A DNA stretch of 64,000 nt. Source: Eledone cirrhosa. Taxonomy: Eukaryota. The position numbers and the translations under genes were made by a program. Under the pieces are notes generated by a model that made no database searches, was not told the origin of the DNA, and worked only from the letters and a program-made list of their open reading frames with translations. Positions 11,408-24,348 of this stretch are shown here, one piece after another. Position 1 is the stretch's first letter. Each line of letters begins with the position of its first letter. The stretch covers positions 65,224,001 to 65,288,000 of the forward strand of contig OZ024741.1 of assembly GCA_964016885.1 (NCBI GenBank). Reading direction: 5' to 3'.

Positions 11408-14400
11408 TGGAGAGACAGGCCCACACACAGACATGGAGAGACAGGCACACACACACAGACATAGAGAGACAGGCACACACACACACACACAGACATGGAG
11501 ACAGGCACACACACACACAGACATGGAGAGAAAGGCACACACAGACAGACATACATGGAGAGACAGGCACACACACAGACATAGAGAGACAGGCACACAC
11601 ACACACACAGACATGGAGAGACTGGCACACACACACAGACATAGAGAGACAGGCACACACACACAGACATGGAGAGACTGGCACACACACACAGGCAGAC
11701 ATGGAGAGACAGGCACACACACAGACATGGAGAGACAAGCACACACACACACACACAGACATGGAGAGACAGGCACACACACAGACATGGAGAGACAGGC
11801 ACACACACACAGACATGGAGAGACAGGCACGCACCCAGACATGGAGAGACAGGCACACACACAGACATGGAGAGACAGGCACGCACCCAGACATGGAGAG
11901 ACAGGCACACACACAGACATGGAGAGGCAGGCACACACACAGACAGACATGGAGAGACAGGCACACAGACAGACATGGAGAGACAGGCACACACACACAG
12001 ACATACATGGAGAGACAGGCACACACACAGACATGGAGAGACAGGCACACACACACAGACATACATGGAGAGACAGGCACACACACAGACATGGAGAGAC
12101 AGGCACACACACACATACATGGAGAGACAGGCACGCACACACAGACATGGAGAGACAGGCACACACACACACAAAGACATGGAGAGACAGGCACGCACAC
12201 AGACATGGAGAGACAGGCACACACACAGACATGGAGAGACAGGCACACACACAGACATACATGGAGAGACAGGCACACACACATACATGGAGAGACAGGC
12301 ACGCACACACAGACATGGAGAGACAGGCACACACACACAGACATGGAGAGACAGGCACACACACACAGACATACATGGAGAGACAGGCACACACACAGAC
12401 ATGGAGAGACAGGCACACACACACAGACATGGAGAGACAGGCACACACACACACATACATGGAGAGACAGGCACACACACACAGAGATACATGGAGAGAC
12501 AGGCACACACACAGACATGGAGAGACAGGCACACACACAGAGACATGGAGAGACAGGCACACACACACACATGGAGAGACAGACACACACACAGACATGG
12601 AGAGACAGGCACACACACAAACATACATGGAGAGACAGGCACACATACACAGACATACGTGGAGAGACAGGCACACACACAGACATGGAGAGACTGGCAC
12701 ACACACACATACATGGAGAGACAGGCACGCACACACAGGCATGGAGAGACAGGCACACACACACAGACATGGAGAGACAGGCACGCACACAGACATGGAG
12801 AGACAGGCACACACACAGACATGGAGAGGCAGGCACACACACAGACAGACATGGAGAGACAGGCACACACACAGACAGACATGGAGAGACAGGCACATAC
12901 ACACACACAGACATGGAGAGACAGGCACACACACACAGACATACATGGAGAGACAGGCACACACACAGACATGGAGAGACAGGCACACACACACAGATAT
13001 GGAGAGACAGGCACACAGACAGACATAGAGAGACAGGCACACACACACAGACATGGAGAGACAGGCACAAACACAGACATAGAGAGACAGGCACACACAC
13101 ACAGACATAGAGAGACAGGCACCCACACACAGACATACATGGAGAGACAGGCACACACACACAGACATAGAGAGACAGGCACACACACACACACACAGAC
13201 ATGGAGAGACTGGCACACACACAGACAGACATGGAGAGACAGGCACACACACACAGACATGGAGAGACAGGCACACACACACAGACATGGAGAGACAGGC
13301 ACACACACACATACATGGAGAGACAGGCACACACAGACATGGAGAGACAGGCACACACAGACAGACATGGAGAGACAGGCACACACACACAGACATGGAG
13401 AGACTGGCACACACACAGACAGACATGGAGAGACAGGCACACACACACAGACATGGAGAGACAGGCACACACACACAGACATGGAGAGACAGGCACACAC
13501 ACACATACATGGAGAGACAGGCACACACACACACACACAGACATGGAGAGACAGGCACACACACACACACAGACATGGAGAGACAGGCACACACACAGAC
13601 ATGGAGAGACAGGCACACACACACACACAGACATGGAGAGACAGGCACACACACACAGACATACATGGAGAGACAGGCACACACAGAGACATGGAGAGAC
13701 AGGCACACACACAGACATGGAGAGACAGGCACACACACACAGACATGGAGAGACAGGCACACACACACAGACATGGAGAGACAGGCACACACACAGACAT
13801 GGAGAGACAGGCACACACACAGACATGGAGAGACAGGCACACACACACAGACAGACATGGAGAGACAGGCACACACACACAGACATGGAGAGACAGGCAC
13901 ACACAGACAGACATGGAGAGACAGGCACACACAGACAGACATGGAGAGACAGGCACACACACACAGACATACATGGAGAGACAGGCACACACACAGGCAG
14001 ACATGGAGAGACAGGCACACACACAGACATGGAGAGACAGGCACACACACACATACATGGAGAGACAGGCACACACACACAGACAGACATGGAGGGACAG
14101 GCACACACACACAGACATAGAGAGACAGGCACACACACACACACACAGACATGGAGAGACAGGCACACACACACAGACATGGAGAGACAGGCACACACAC
14201 AGACAGACATGGAGAGACAGGCACACACACACACACACAGACATGGAGAGACAGGCACAGACACAGACATGGAGAGACAGGCACACACACACACACACAC
14301 AGACATTGAGAGACAGGCACACGCACAGACATGGAGAGACAGGCACACACACAGACATGCAGACAGATACACACACATACACACACACAGGCATGCAGGC

Positions 14401-14430
14401 AGATACACACACACACACACAGACATGCAG

Positions 14431-14461
<31 letters not shown>

Positions 14462-14775
14462 TGCAGACAGACACACACACACACACACACAGACATGCAG
14501 ACAGTTACACACACACACGCATACACATGCACACAGATACACACAGATGCACACACACAGACATGCACACAGATACACACACACACAGACATGCATACAG
14601 ATACACACACGCATATAGACATGCATATTAGGCACACACACATGCACACGCATGTACATACAGACACATGCACACACACATGAACATACAGACACATGCA
14701 CACACACATGAACATACATACACACACACCACACACCACACACACACCAACAGATACAGACGTGTACACACACAG
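8784..14775. repeat. ~6 kb compound minisatellite: ACATGGAGAGACAGGC plus variable (CA)n/CAGA spacer, unit ~26-40 bp
   Basis: Direct reading; degenerates to a CATGCAGACA/(CA)n zone at ~14350-14775; produces the long spurious ORFs. Confidence 0.97.
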
Positions 14776-14990
14776 ATGAAGAGCAACAGTAAAATACAAT
14801 GAAAAGAGAACTTGACTGAGAAAGTCACCCTGTTTGACTCCATTTTCTACAGGTATAAGTCTTGCTTCCATTTCAACAGAAAATAGTTTAACTAACAATA
14901 CAAAGATATGAGCAATCTGGTTCCTAAAGTATTTTCAACAAGGATGCTTCATTTACAGTATTGGAAGATTTAATTGACTCAATGGAAACC
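14776..14990 (-). pseudogene. Upstream half of the same old RT domain
   Basis: Minus translation [22 protein letters not shown] is the non-LTR RT motif GVKQG..L.P.LF. Confidence 0.7.
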
Positions 14991-15040
14991 TGTACAAGAC
15001 TCATATTCTGTCATGATTACACATATGCATACATGCATGT

Positions 15041-15072
<32 letters not shown>

Positions 15073-15632
15073 GTGCACACATGGAAAGCTTGACTCACTC
15101 CACAATGTACTGCCATGTGCTGTGCAGTTCTCTTGAAGGTGACCCCAATGATATGATGATTGCTTTCTCACTGTGTAATGATCTCCTCCTTCAGCAAGTC
15201 ACATGTAGCACAATGCTCACTCTTGTTTGGGATGACTTCCACCTCCTTATCAAACATGTAGCACCCCTTTTCATCTACCCACTCTTATCATTGACTCAGT
15301 AAGGTGACAACAAGCACTCTAATGTCATAATGACAATGTTGGTACCATGACAAAACCATCCAGTCTATCATGTAAGGTGGTAGCGGTGGTGCCATGACAA
15401 AAGCACCCAGGACACCATGTAAGCTGGTAGTACTGGTTCCACAATAAAAAATGTTCACCTACTCCATAAGGTGTTTGTTCTGATTCCACTAGAAATACTC
15501 CTAGTACAGTGGTCAGTATTAGGAAGGGTATCAAACTATAGAAAATTAAGCCAAAACTGGAATGATCTGGTTTCAGAATGTGACAACCTGTCTAATCCAT
15601 GTAGAGGTTAAATGGTAATGATGATGATAATA

Positions 15633-15815
15633 TTTCTACTTTTGGCACAAGGCCAGCAATTACCCCAGTGCATTACTGGTGCTTTATTTTATCGACCCCG
15701 GAAGGATGAAAGGCATTGTTGACCTTAGCGGATTTGAATTCAGAATGCAAAGGGCCATAACTCTATGCTGCAAAGCATGGTAGCTGACACTCTACTGATA
15801 CTGCCAAACCACTGC
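15633..15815 (-). mobile_element. Nin-domain SINE
   Basis: Reverse complement contains GCCTTTCATCCTTCCGGGGTCGATAAAATAAAG and the GCTGGCCTTGTGCC..AGTAGAAA tail. Confidence 0.8.
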
Positions 15816-15849
15816 CCTGATAATGATGATAATGATAATGATAGTATAT

Positions 15850-16052
15850 ACATCATTATCATCACCATTTTACGTCCGTTTTTCCCTGCTTGCTAGGGTT
15901 TGGCGGGTCTTCTTCAGCACAGTATCTCTCCATTCATCACAGTCCTTCGTCATCTCCTCTGTGAGCTTCAGTGATCCAAGGTCAGCTCTCACTACCCCCG
16001 CCCATGTTTTCCATGGCCTTCCTCGACTGTGTTTTCCTTCCACATGCACAAA
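15850..16052 (-). mobile_element. RTE 3' end fragment
   Basis: VEGKHSRGRPWKTWAGVVRADL...W followed by a (GAT)n tail. Confidence 0.75.
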
Positions 16053-16377
16053 CATATGAGTGCGATTGTGTGTGTGTATGTGTATGTGATATATCAGTAA
16101 ATAATCAACACTTTCAACAAAACATCTAGATTTACAATCTTGCAGGATGTGAGAGAAGGAAGTATCTGCAATATTTCCCTTCTCACATTTGATTTTATCA
16201 CAAGATCAAGATCAATAATAACATCAATCAAAACAGCACCAATACTGCAGTCTTTCTCTCTCATACCCACCTTTCTCTTTTAGCTACACACACAATTTGA
16301 GTATGTGTGTATTTTTATAGATATGTGTGTGTGTAGAAATCTAGATCTATACCTATGTTTGTGTGTGTGTCTGTTTC

Positions 16378-16875
16378 ATCATCATAATCATCATCACCGT
16401 TTTACGTCCGTTCTTCCACGCTAGCATGGGTTAGACGGGTTGTCCTGTTGTGGGCAGTGTCCGGTCGGCTGACCTTGTCTTGCTCATATGGGAACTGATT
16501 CTGGCTTGATTTCTACAGCTGGATGCCCTTCCTAACACCAACCTCATTTACAGTGAGTGCTAGGTGCTTTTTTTCCGTGGCACCTCCACGACCACTTTGC
16601 AGTGGTAGGGTGTTTATGTATAGTTTTTCCAGTATTATGTGTGTGTATATATATATACATATATATATGTATATATATATATGTATATATACACACTGTA
16701 AATGAGGTTGGTGTTAGGAAGGGCATCCAGCTGTAGAAATCAAGCCAGATCAGTTCCTGTATGAGCAAGGCATGGTCAGCCGACCAGACACTGCACACAA
16801 CAGGACAACCCGTCTAACCCATGCTAGCGTGGAAGAACGGACATAAAACGGTGATGATGATGATGATGATGATAT
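16378..16875. mobile_element. Two RTE-tail fragments in inverted orientation
   Basis: 16378-16605 (-) and 16695-16875 (+) are reverse complements over ~170 bp, separated by a TA/CA spacer. Confidence 0.85.
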
Positions 16876-16917
16876 ATCATCATCATCATCATCGTCGTTT
16901 ATATATATATATATATT

Positions 16918-17178
16918 TTTTTTTCACACTCAGAGTTGCTGAAGCATGGAATAAACTCCCGGCATCAGTTGTTAGCTGTCGAGACACTGCATCCTTTAAA
17001 ACTCCATGCTTCCTGAGATTCGCCAACACTGCACCTAATATTCTCCCTCCATACACACGCACACATGTATATCATGACTCATGCACTATTCATTTCCCTG
17101 ACATTTGTATATTATTCCATGTACTATACATGCACCTTTGACGAGTTGTAGTGCACCTGAGCACTGTACACAATAATT

Positions 17179-17200
<22 letters not shown>
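16918..17200 (+). mobile_element. CR1/L2-type LINE 3' end
   Basis: FFTLRVAEAWNKLPASVV..ASFK motif, 3'UTR and (ATT)n tail; related copies at 24349 and 30180. Confidence 0.85.
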
Positions 17201-17210
<10 letters not shown>

Positions 17211-17472
17211 TTTATTTATTTATATAAAAGTTTATTTCTATCATAGAGAGAATTCAATATGATTTAATTGAAGAATTTATGGTGAGAATTGGAAAGTTCA
17301 ATGCCTCACTAAGACCAGTAGTATTATCCTGGGCAGAAATCTTTGGATCAGCAGGAAGATTCCTTCCCAAGATGAAATCACCAGTCATTGAGAGGCTGTG
17401 AACTTTCCAGTTCTCACAATAAATATATCATTATTTCAATACAAGAGTCAACTGAAAGGTTCATAGGAAGGA

Positions 17473-17530
<58 letters not shown>

Positions 17531-17599
17531 AAATTAAGATAAATAATAATCTCCTGTGATTATTCATGTTTATTTATATGTTAATCAATTTCTAGTTAT

Positions 17600-17666
<67 letters not shown>

Positions 17667-18371
17667 TATATATATATACATACATATATATAAAGTGGTA
17701 ATTCTGGTACCATGAAAAAATCACCCAGCCCACCATGTCAGGTAGTAGTGGTGGTGTCATGAGAAAACAAACCCTTTATATGCCACAAAGTAGTTGGTAT
17801 TAGGAAGGGCATCCAACTATAGAAACCATATATATATAGAGAGATAGATAGAGAGAGAGAATTTTCCTATATGTTGCACTGTGGGATCATACATGCACAC
17901 ATGTGGTTGCAAAGCAAAATTTGATGTAACTCTCTTAGAGTACATTTTCTCTCCTATCTATAGACAATTGCCCAAATTCCTTATCAATTTTGTTTCTCAG
18001 CCACTACCTATCTACCTGCCACAGATAAAATATTATGACTCCATGGTCTATACATAATACTTTCAAGTACTGTAAATAAGCAATACATGGGGTTAAGTGT
18101 AATATCTGATTGGAAGATAACATATTAGAAAGATGATGTATTAGATAGAAATATGGTATTTGGAATAAACATGTCAGAGAAAATATATAGAGCTAAATAT
18201 ATTGAATAACCGATAAAATGGAGATGAGATAACATGTCTTATTTAAAGAAGTATATATAGTCTCTCACACACACATACTCACAGAATCATCTAGTTGTTG
18301 TTTAGCTTTAGGTCACTTTTGATCAAGCTGACTTCTGATCAAAGGCTTTCTGACTGTGTCTGTCACGTTTT

Positions 18372-18627
18372 TTAACCCTTTCCCTGCCATATTTCCAATG
18401 AAATTCGCTGCTTATGTTTTTTAAATAATTTTGAAAATAATCAAGAAGTTAAAGACATTTAGTAATATAACTAAATTTCTCTGTATTAAGATGGTGGCTG
18501 GAACATAATAAAGATTTTTCCATAAAAGTTTAATGGATGGTTTTTAGATAAATATAAACACTTTAAAATAAACAGCTATGCATCACAGAACCAGTTGTGA
18601 TTTTAGGTGGTTTGGTATCAAAAGTGC
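18372..18627. mobile_element. Older TTAA-CCCTTT MITE, family B
   Basis: Begins TTAACCCTTT; internal GGTG..TGGAACATAA and ACTTT..AAATAAACAGCT segments recur at 28380-28580, 52605-53065 and 54157-54625. Confidence 0.5.
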
Positions 18628-18781
18628 TTTCAGATAAATATAAAGTATCATAGCAATGGCACCAACATGAAAGAGGTTGACAGTTGAAGAATACTCTCGG
18701 CACCCCCTATCTCTCTCTCTCTATATATATATACTCATAGACAGAGAGGATAGAGGGAAGGAGGGATATATATATATATAT

Positions 18782-18817
<36 letters not shown>

Positions 18818-18857
18818 GTGTGGGATGCTTAAAGCGTCTGTATGCAGTAGACCGTTT

Positions 18858-19215
18858 GAGCACTCGATGCTCTTACAGAGCAGAGTATAATATTACATAA
18901 GAAATGGAGAATCAGTGTTGCGATGAATTAAAATTTATTAGACATATTACAATCGTTTCTCTGGCGACCAGCTCAAGGCATGATCGATGCGATGATTGAA
19001 CCTGACTCTGAAATTGCAAGATCCTCAGACATGTCTCAATCTTTCGAAGCAGAGTTTCTAAATGATTTGGAAACTCTGCTTCAATGAGGATCTTGCAATT
19101 TCAGAGCCAGGTTCGATTATCGCATCGATCGAGCTGGTCACCAGAGAAACGATTGTAATATGTCTAATAAATTTTAATTCGTCGCACCACTGATTCTCCG
19201 TTTCTTAAGTGATAT
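18858..19215. mobile_element. Fold-back Penelope-like end between (TA)n tracts
   Basis: Inverted arms 18890-19027 and 19083-19213, an inner hairpin at 19046-19082, and a tail hairpin at 18862-18886. Confidence 0.8.
18940..19036 (-). ncRNA. Type-I hammerhead ribozyme motif
   Basis: Minus strand: AGACATGT-CTGAGGA-TCT...AGA-GAAAC-GATT-GTA-ATATGTCT; 8-bp stem I with one G-U pair, GUA cleavage triplet. Confidence 0.8.
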
Positions 19216-19232
19216 ATATATATATATATATA

Positions 19233-19400
19233 TATTCATTTTATTAAGGCTAAATAGTGAGTTTTGTTACTTTGGAGTTTCGTCTGTTTATCACAGTGAT
19301 AAGCAGACAAAACTCCAGAATCTCACTATTTAGCCTTAATAAAATGAATATTTAAACTCTACTTCGGTATTGAGTACTCTTTTATCTCGGTTGCCAACTA
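19233..19400. mobile_element. Fold-back Penelope-like remnant with tail hairpin
   Basis: Palindrome 19233-19351 centred on TATCAC-A-GTGATA; ACTC-TAC-TTCG-GTA-TT-GAGT at 19356-19375. Confidence 0.75.
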
Positions 19401-20177
19401 CACATACATATATATAAGTAAATACATATGTATATATGTATGTGTGTGTGTATTGTAAATTGACACAATGTTGGAAAATGTCAGAAACATTTACTGACAA
19501 ATGGTTCCTTAGAAAACACTCCAGTTTATGTTCTAAAGACTTTAGACATCTGTCTGCAATACATATAGAATATCTGGTACATCACTGCTTCACTTAGACA
19601 TACAGTTGGTGTTATCTGTGATATGGTGCTTTACATTGCAATATATAGTAGGTTTTTATGATACTGTCTACTGCTAGTGTAGCATTTGTTATGTAAGAGA
19701 ATGTGTGCGTACGTGTGCATGTATGCACACACATTTACATATACAAACACTCACACATACACAGTCACTCACGCATACACACTCACTCATGGATACACAC
19801 TCACTCATGCATATACACTCACTCTCGCATACACACATACTTACGCATACATACATACTCATGCATACATACTCACACACATACACTCACACATGCACTC
19901 ACACAGATGCACACTTACACACACACACACACTTACACAAACACACACACACACTCACACATGTACACACACACACACACTCACACACGCTCACACCTAC
20001 ACACACACACACACACAATTCTGTTTCTAATATCTTATATTTGTGAGCATGAGTGATTATTTTTCCTGCAGAAGAGCAGTGGATTGGTAGAATTTAGTGC
20101 ATCAAATGGAATGCAATGCAGAGTATTATGTTTACGTCTTTAAACCCACAGATATTTCAGACTGTGATATATATATA

Positions 20178-20350
20178 TCATCATCATCATCACCATCATT
20201 TAGTGTTCATTTTTCCATGTTTGCATGGGTTAGATAGGTCGTCCAAGTCGGGAGACAAGTCTGGCCAGATCTGGCCATACCATACTTTGCTCCAACAGGA
20301 CTATAAATTTGGTTGGGGATTCTACAGCTGGATGCCCTTCCTAACACCAA
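20178..20350 (-). mobile_element. Short RTE-tail element
   Basis: (CAT)n, then a body ending GGATGCCCTTCCTAACACCAA|(TA)n; second copy at 22924-23085 with the same end point. Confidence 0.7.
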
Positions 20351-20359
20351 TATATATAT

Positions 20360-20772
20360 ATGCCTTGCCTATGTACAAAGCGAAACCTACAGTCAGTAGG
20401 CACCTCTTAACCAAATATACACCCCAACCCACTACCCCTACTCCATCCTCCTACTCCCACCAACACTACTCTTCCTCTGTAAAGTTATGTTGGTACCACA
20501 ACATCCAGTCCTAAATAAATGAGGTCGTGTAGGTGTCACGACAAAAAAACACACAGTCTACGCTGTAATGTGGCCATGTAGGAAACACAGTAAAAAGATC
20601 CCAGTCCACACTGTAAATGTGGTTGGTGTTAGGAAGGGCATCCAGCTGTAAAAAACCTGCCAGATAGTCCTATATGAGCGAAACACGGTCACCCAACCAA
20701 TCTCGCCTCAAGTGGGACAACTCCCGTCTAACCCATGCTAGTGTGGAAGATAGACGTTAAACGATGGTGATG
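20360..20772 (+). mobile_element. RTE 3'UTR fragment
   Basis: Matches 7885-8270 and 44170-44540. Confidence 0.8.
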
Positions 20773-20951
20773 ATATATATATATCGTTTTTTACAAAAAC
20801 AATATAACAATGTGAGATGTTGAGTTGCTTGGTGAGACTTATAATGAGATATTTACTTATAAATATCTGATTTTGATAAGTCACAATAATGGGATGAAAC
20901 GTTCGTAAATCAATATTTAATGTAAAAACATATTTGGTAATTACTTTAATG

Positions 20952-20953
<2 letters not shown>

Positions 20954-20986
<33 letters not shown>

Positions 20987-22874
20987 CCGTTTTATGTCCG
21001 TTCTTCCACGCTAGCATGGGTTAGACGGGTTGTCCTGTTGTGGGCAGTGTCTGGTCGGCTGACCATGCCTTGCTCATACAGGAACTGATCTGGCTTGATT
21101 TCTACAGCTGGATGCCCTTCCTAACACCAACCTCATTTACAGTGAGTGCTGGGTGCTTTTTCGTGGCGCCTACACGTCCACTTTGCAGTGTGGGCTGGGT
21201 GCTTTTTTGCCGTGGCACCTCCACAACCACCTTGCGGTGGGGGGAGTGGGGGCATATTGTTTATATGCTTCAGCATGTACCCATGGGAGGTCGGGTACCC
21301 TGTATTACTGCGTGACGCCAGAAGTCACGGGGTAAGGTCGGCTTTTATCACCTCATCCCAAGTCATCTTGGGTCTCCCCACTCCGCGGTTTCCATCAACT
21401 TGTAGTGCTCTGCACCTTTTTATGCAGCTGTCATCCTTCATACGCATCACATGTCCATACCAGCGTAACCGCCTCTCCTGCACGCAGCATTTGATTCCTC
21501 TTATGCTCAGTCTCTCTCTCAATTCCTTTATGCTTTGTCGTTCACGTATATTACTGTTACACATCCATCAGAGCATGCAGGCTTCGTTTCTCTCTAATCT
21601 ACGTAAGTCTTCCACCTTCAGCGCCCAGGTCTCACTACCATGCAACATCGCTGTTCGGATACACGCATCATACAGTCTGCCTTTCATTCTGAGGGAGAAG
21701 CCTTTTGCAGCTAGCAGTGGTAGTAGTTCCCTAAACTTCTTCCATCCCGTTCTTACCCTAGTTATTGTACTTTCTGAGCACCCACCTCCGTTGCTAATTC
21801 GGTCACCTAGGTAGCAGAAGCTGTCTACTGTTTCTACAGGGCTCTCCCAGAGATTGGTGGTACTTGTTTCCTGTGGCTGTTTGCTTGCTGTTTCAGCACA
21901 GCTGCTGCATGTGAATCCTACATTCTTAATTAAGCTTCCTGAGATCCCGCTACATCTCTTGTGTACCCATTGTTTGCATTTGGGGCAGAGAATGGAGTTC
22001 CTACCTACACCTTTCCTACATACTGAGCAAGGCCATTTCCCTGAGGGGATCTGGGTTCTGTTTTCTCGTCTACTTACAAGGACCTTAGTCTTTGTCATGT
22101 TGACTTTGAGGCCCTTTCTCTCTAGTCCCTGCTTCCAGGTTTGGAATTTATTCTCTAGTTCTACCATAGATTCAGCTATGAGTGCGAGGTCATCAGCATA
22201 CAGGAGTTCCCATGGGCATCCGGTCTTAAACTCCTCCGTTATTGCCTGCAGGACTATGATGAACAGGAGAGGGCTAAGAACAGAGCCCTGGTGGACCCCA
22301 ACCTGTACGCTAAATTCCTCGCTATACTCATTGCTAATCCTAACTTTGCTGACTGCGCCCCTATACATGGCTTGTACCGCTTTCACAAGCCATTCATCTA
22401 CTCCTAGTTTTCTAAGAGCCCACCAGATTACTGCACGTGGAACTCTGTCAAAGGCTTTCTCAAGGTCGACAAATGCCAAGTAGAGTGGCTTACTTTTAGC
22501 TAGGTACTTTTCCTGTAATTGCCTCACAAGGAAGAGGGCATCAGTGGTGCCTCTCCCTGGTACAAACCCAAATTGCATCTCGTCTATATTCACCCGGTCC
22601 CTAATCAGCTGTGCTATAACTCTTTCTGTTACTTTCATGACCTGGTCCATCAACTTTATACCTCTATAGTTTCCTCTATCTAGTGCATCTCCTTTACCTT
22701 TGTAGCAGTTGACAATGATGCTACTGCACCAATCTTTTGCTATGGCCCCTTCTAGTATTACCTGGTTAACGATACGTGTGGTTATAGTGTGACCTACAGA
22801 CCCAGATGCCTTCAGCATCTCGGCAGCTATACCCGATGGACCGGTTGCCTTCCCCATCTTCATATCTCTGATTG

Positions 22875-22878
<4 letters not shown>
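20954..22878 (-). mobile_element. Young 5'-truncated RTE-clade LINE
   Basis: RT ORF remnant, 3'UTR and (GAT)n tail; 5' end abuts (TA)n. Confidence 0.95.
21325..22863 (-). pseudogene. RTE reverse transcriptase ORF remnant (RT plus Cys/His knuckle), one premature stop at ~21568
   Basis: AFVDLEKAFDRV, VGVHQGSVLSPLLF, LLYADDLAL, CSVC..CPKCKQWVHKRC, FCYLGD, RRLRWYGHV..GRPKMTW. Confidence 0.95.
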
Positions 22879-22926
<48 letters not shown>

Positions 22927-23081
22927 TCATTATCATCATCATCGTTTAGTGTCCATTTTTCCATGGATTAGACAGGTCCATGTCGGGAAACAAATCTGGC
23001 CAGAATTGGCCATGCCATACCTTGCGCCAACGGAACTGTAAATTTGGCAGGAGATTTTACAGGTGGATGCCCTTTCTAACA

Positions 23082-23122
<41 letters not shown>

Positions 23123-23138
23123 GTATATATATATATAT

Positions 23139-23322
23139 AATTGTTTCTACTTTTGGCACAAGGCCAGCAATTACCCAGTACATTACTGGTACTTTATTTT
23201 ATCGACCCCGTAAGGATGAAAGGCAAAGTTAACCTCGGCGGGATTTGAACTCAGAATGGCAAGGGCCGTAACTCTATGCGTCAAAGAATGGCGTCCGACC
23301 CTCTACTGATACTGCCAATCCA
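23139..23322 (-). mobile_element. Nin-domain SINE
   Basis: Reverse complement of the 35544-35735 consensus. Confidence 0.85.
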
Positions 23323-24348
23323 GAAGGAAATTTCTTTGTACAGTAAGGTATATTTGAAAAAAAAAAGAGAAGAATGACTTCACTGGCTGGTGTTCTTTAA
23401 TAGTTCAAATCTTTATAGAAAATTATTATTATTAATTCTGGTAAGTCCCTGTTAACTTCTGTGGTGAATTTTAAGTCCTTGTTAACATTCACACATATGT
23501 TCTAATTGCCCATAGTTAGAAAATACACATAATTCCAAAAATAACAAACAGAAATACGAAAACAATTAGTTTCACACTTTTAGTTTTAAGCTAACACCTT
23601 CTGTGTGGACAGAAAATGAGATTTCTTGTTGTATTTAACTATAAATGTAACAGTAAAAGGATTATATGTGTGTATGTATATGTGTGTGTATGTATGTATG
23701 TATGCGTGTATGTGTATGTCTGTATATATATGTGTGTATATATGTATGCATATGTGTGTATGTATGTATGTGTATGTGTGTTTGTATGTATGTATATGTA
23801 TGTAAATATATGTATGTATCTATGTATATATGTATATACACTATGTATTTATGTATAATAAACAATTATGGAATTCTACATTCACATACATAACACACTA
23901 CATCTATACATACATCTTTTCCGTTGTTCATTGCTTACACATGATTTCAAAGTAAATCATGTAACAAATAAAAACATTAAAATTAGCTATGTCTTGTTCA
24001 TTTGTTAATTCTTATCCATGTGATTTAGGAAAACCAACTTCCCCAAGGTAATATCATTTCACACTACAACAAGTCAGTACAACTACTTGTTTCCTTGAAC
24101 ATGGTAAAACTTCTTTCGACTCACTGAGATACACTTCACTTCCTTACTTACCATATCTTGACCAACAAACTACTCAGTCAACTTCATCACCACCACTACA
24201 AATGAACATTTCCATCAGGCAACCAACCCATTACCAAACTAAACATTTATCAACACCCTACTATATATATATGCATATGTATGTATATCTCTCTCTCTAT
24301 ATATATATATATTAAAGAGGAGGGTTATATCCCATTGGAAACCCTCCT

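Noticed and set aside
8594-14898. ORFs of 800-2000 aa in several frames
   Set aside because: The satellite unit lacks stops in most frames; the products are repeat translations (CVCLSLH, HTQTWRD) with no gene structure.
15100-15300. Possible mariner HTH remnant on the minus strand
   Set aside because: Only faint similarity (D..TVR..) with several frameshifts; needs BLASTx.
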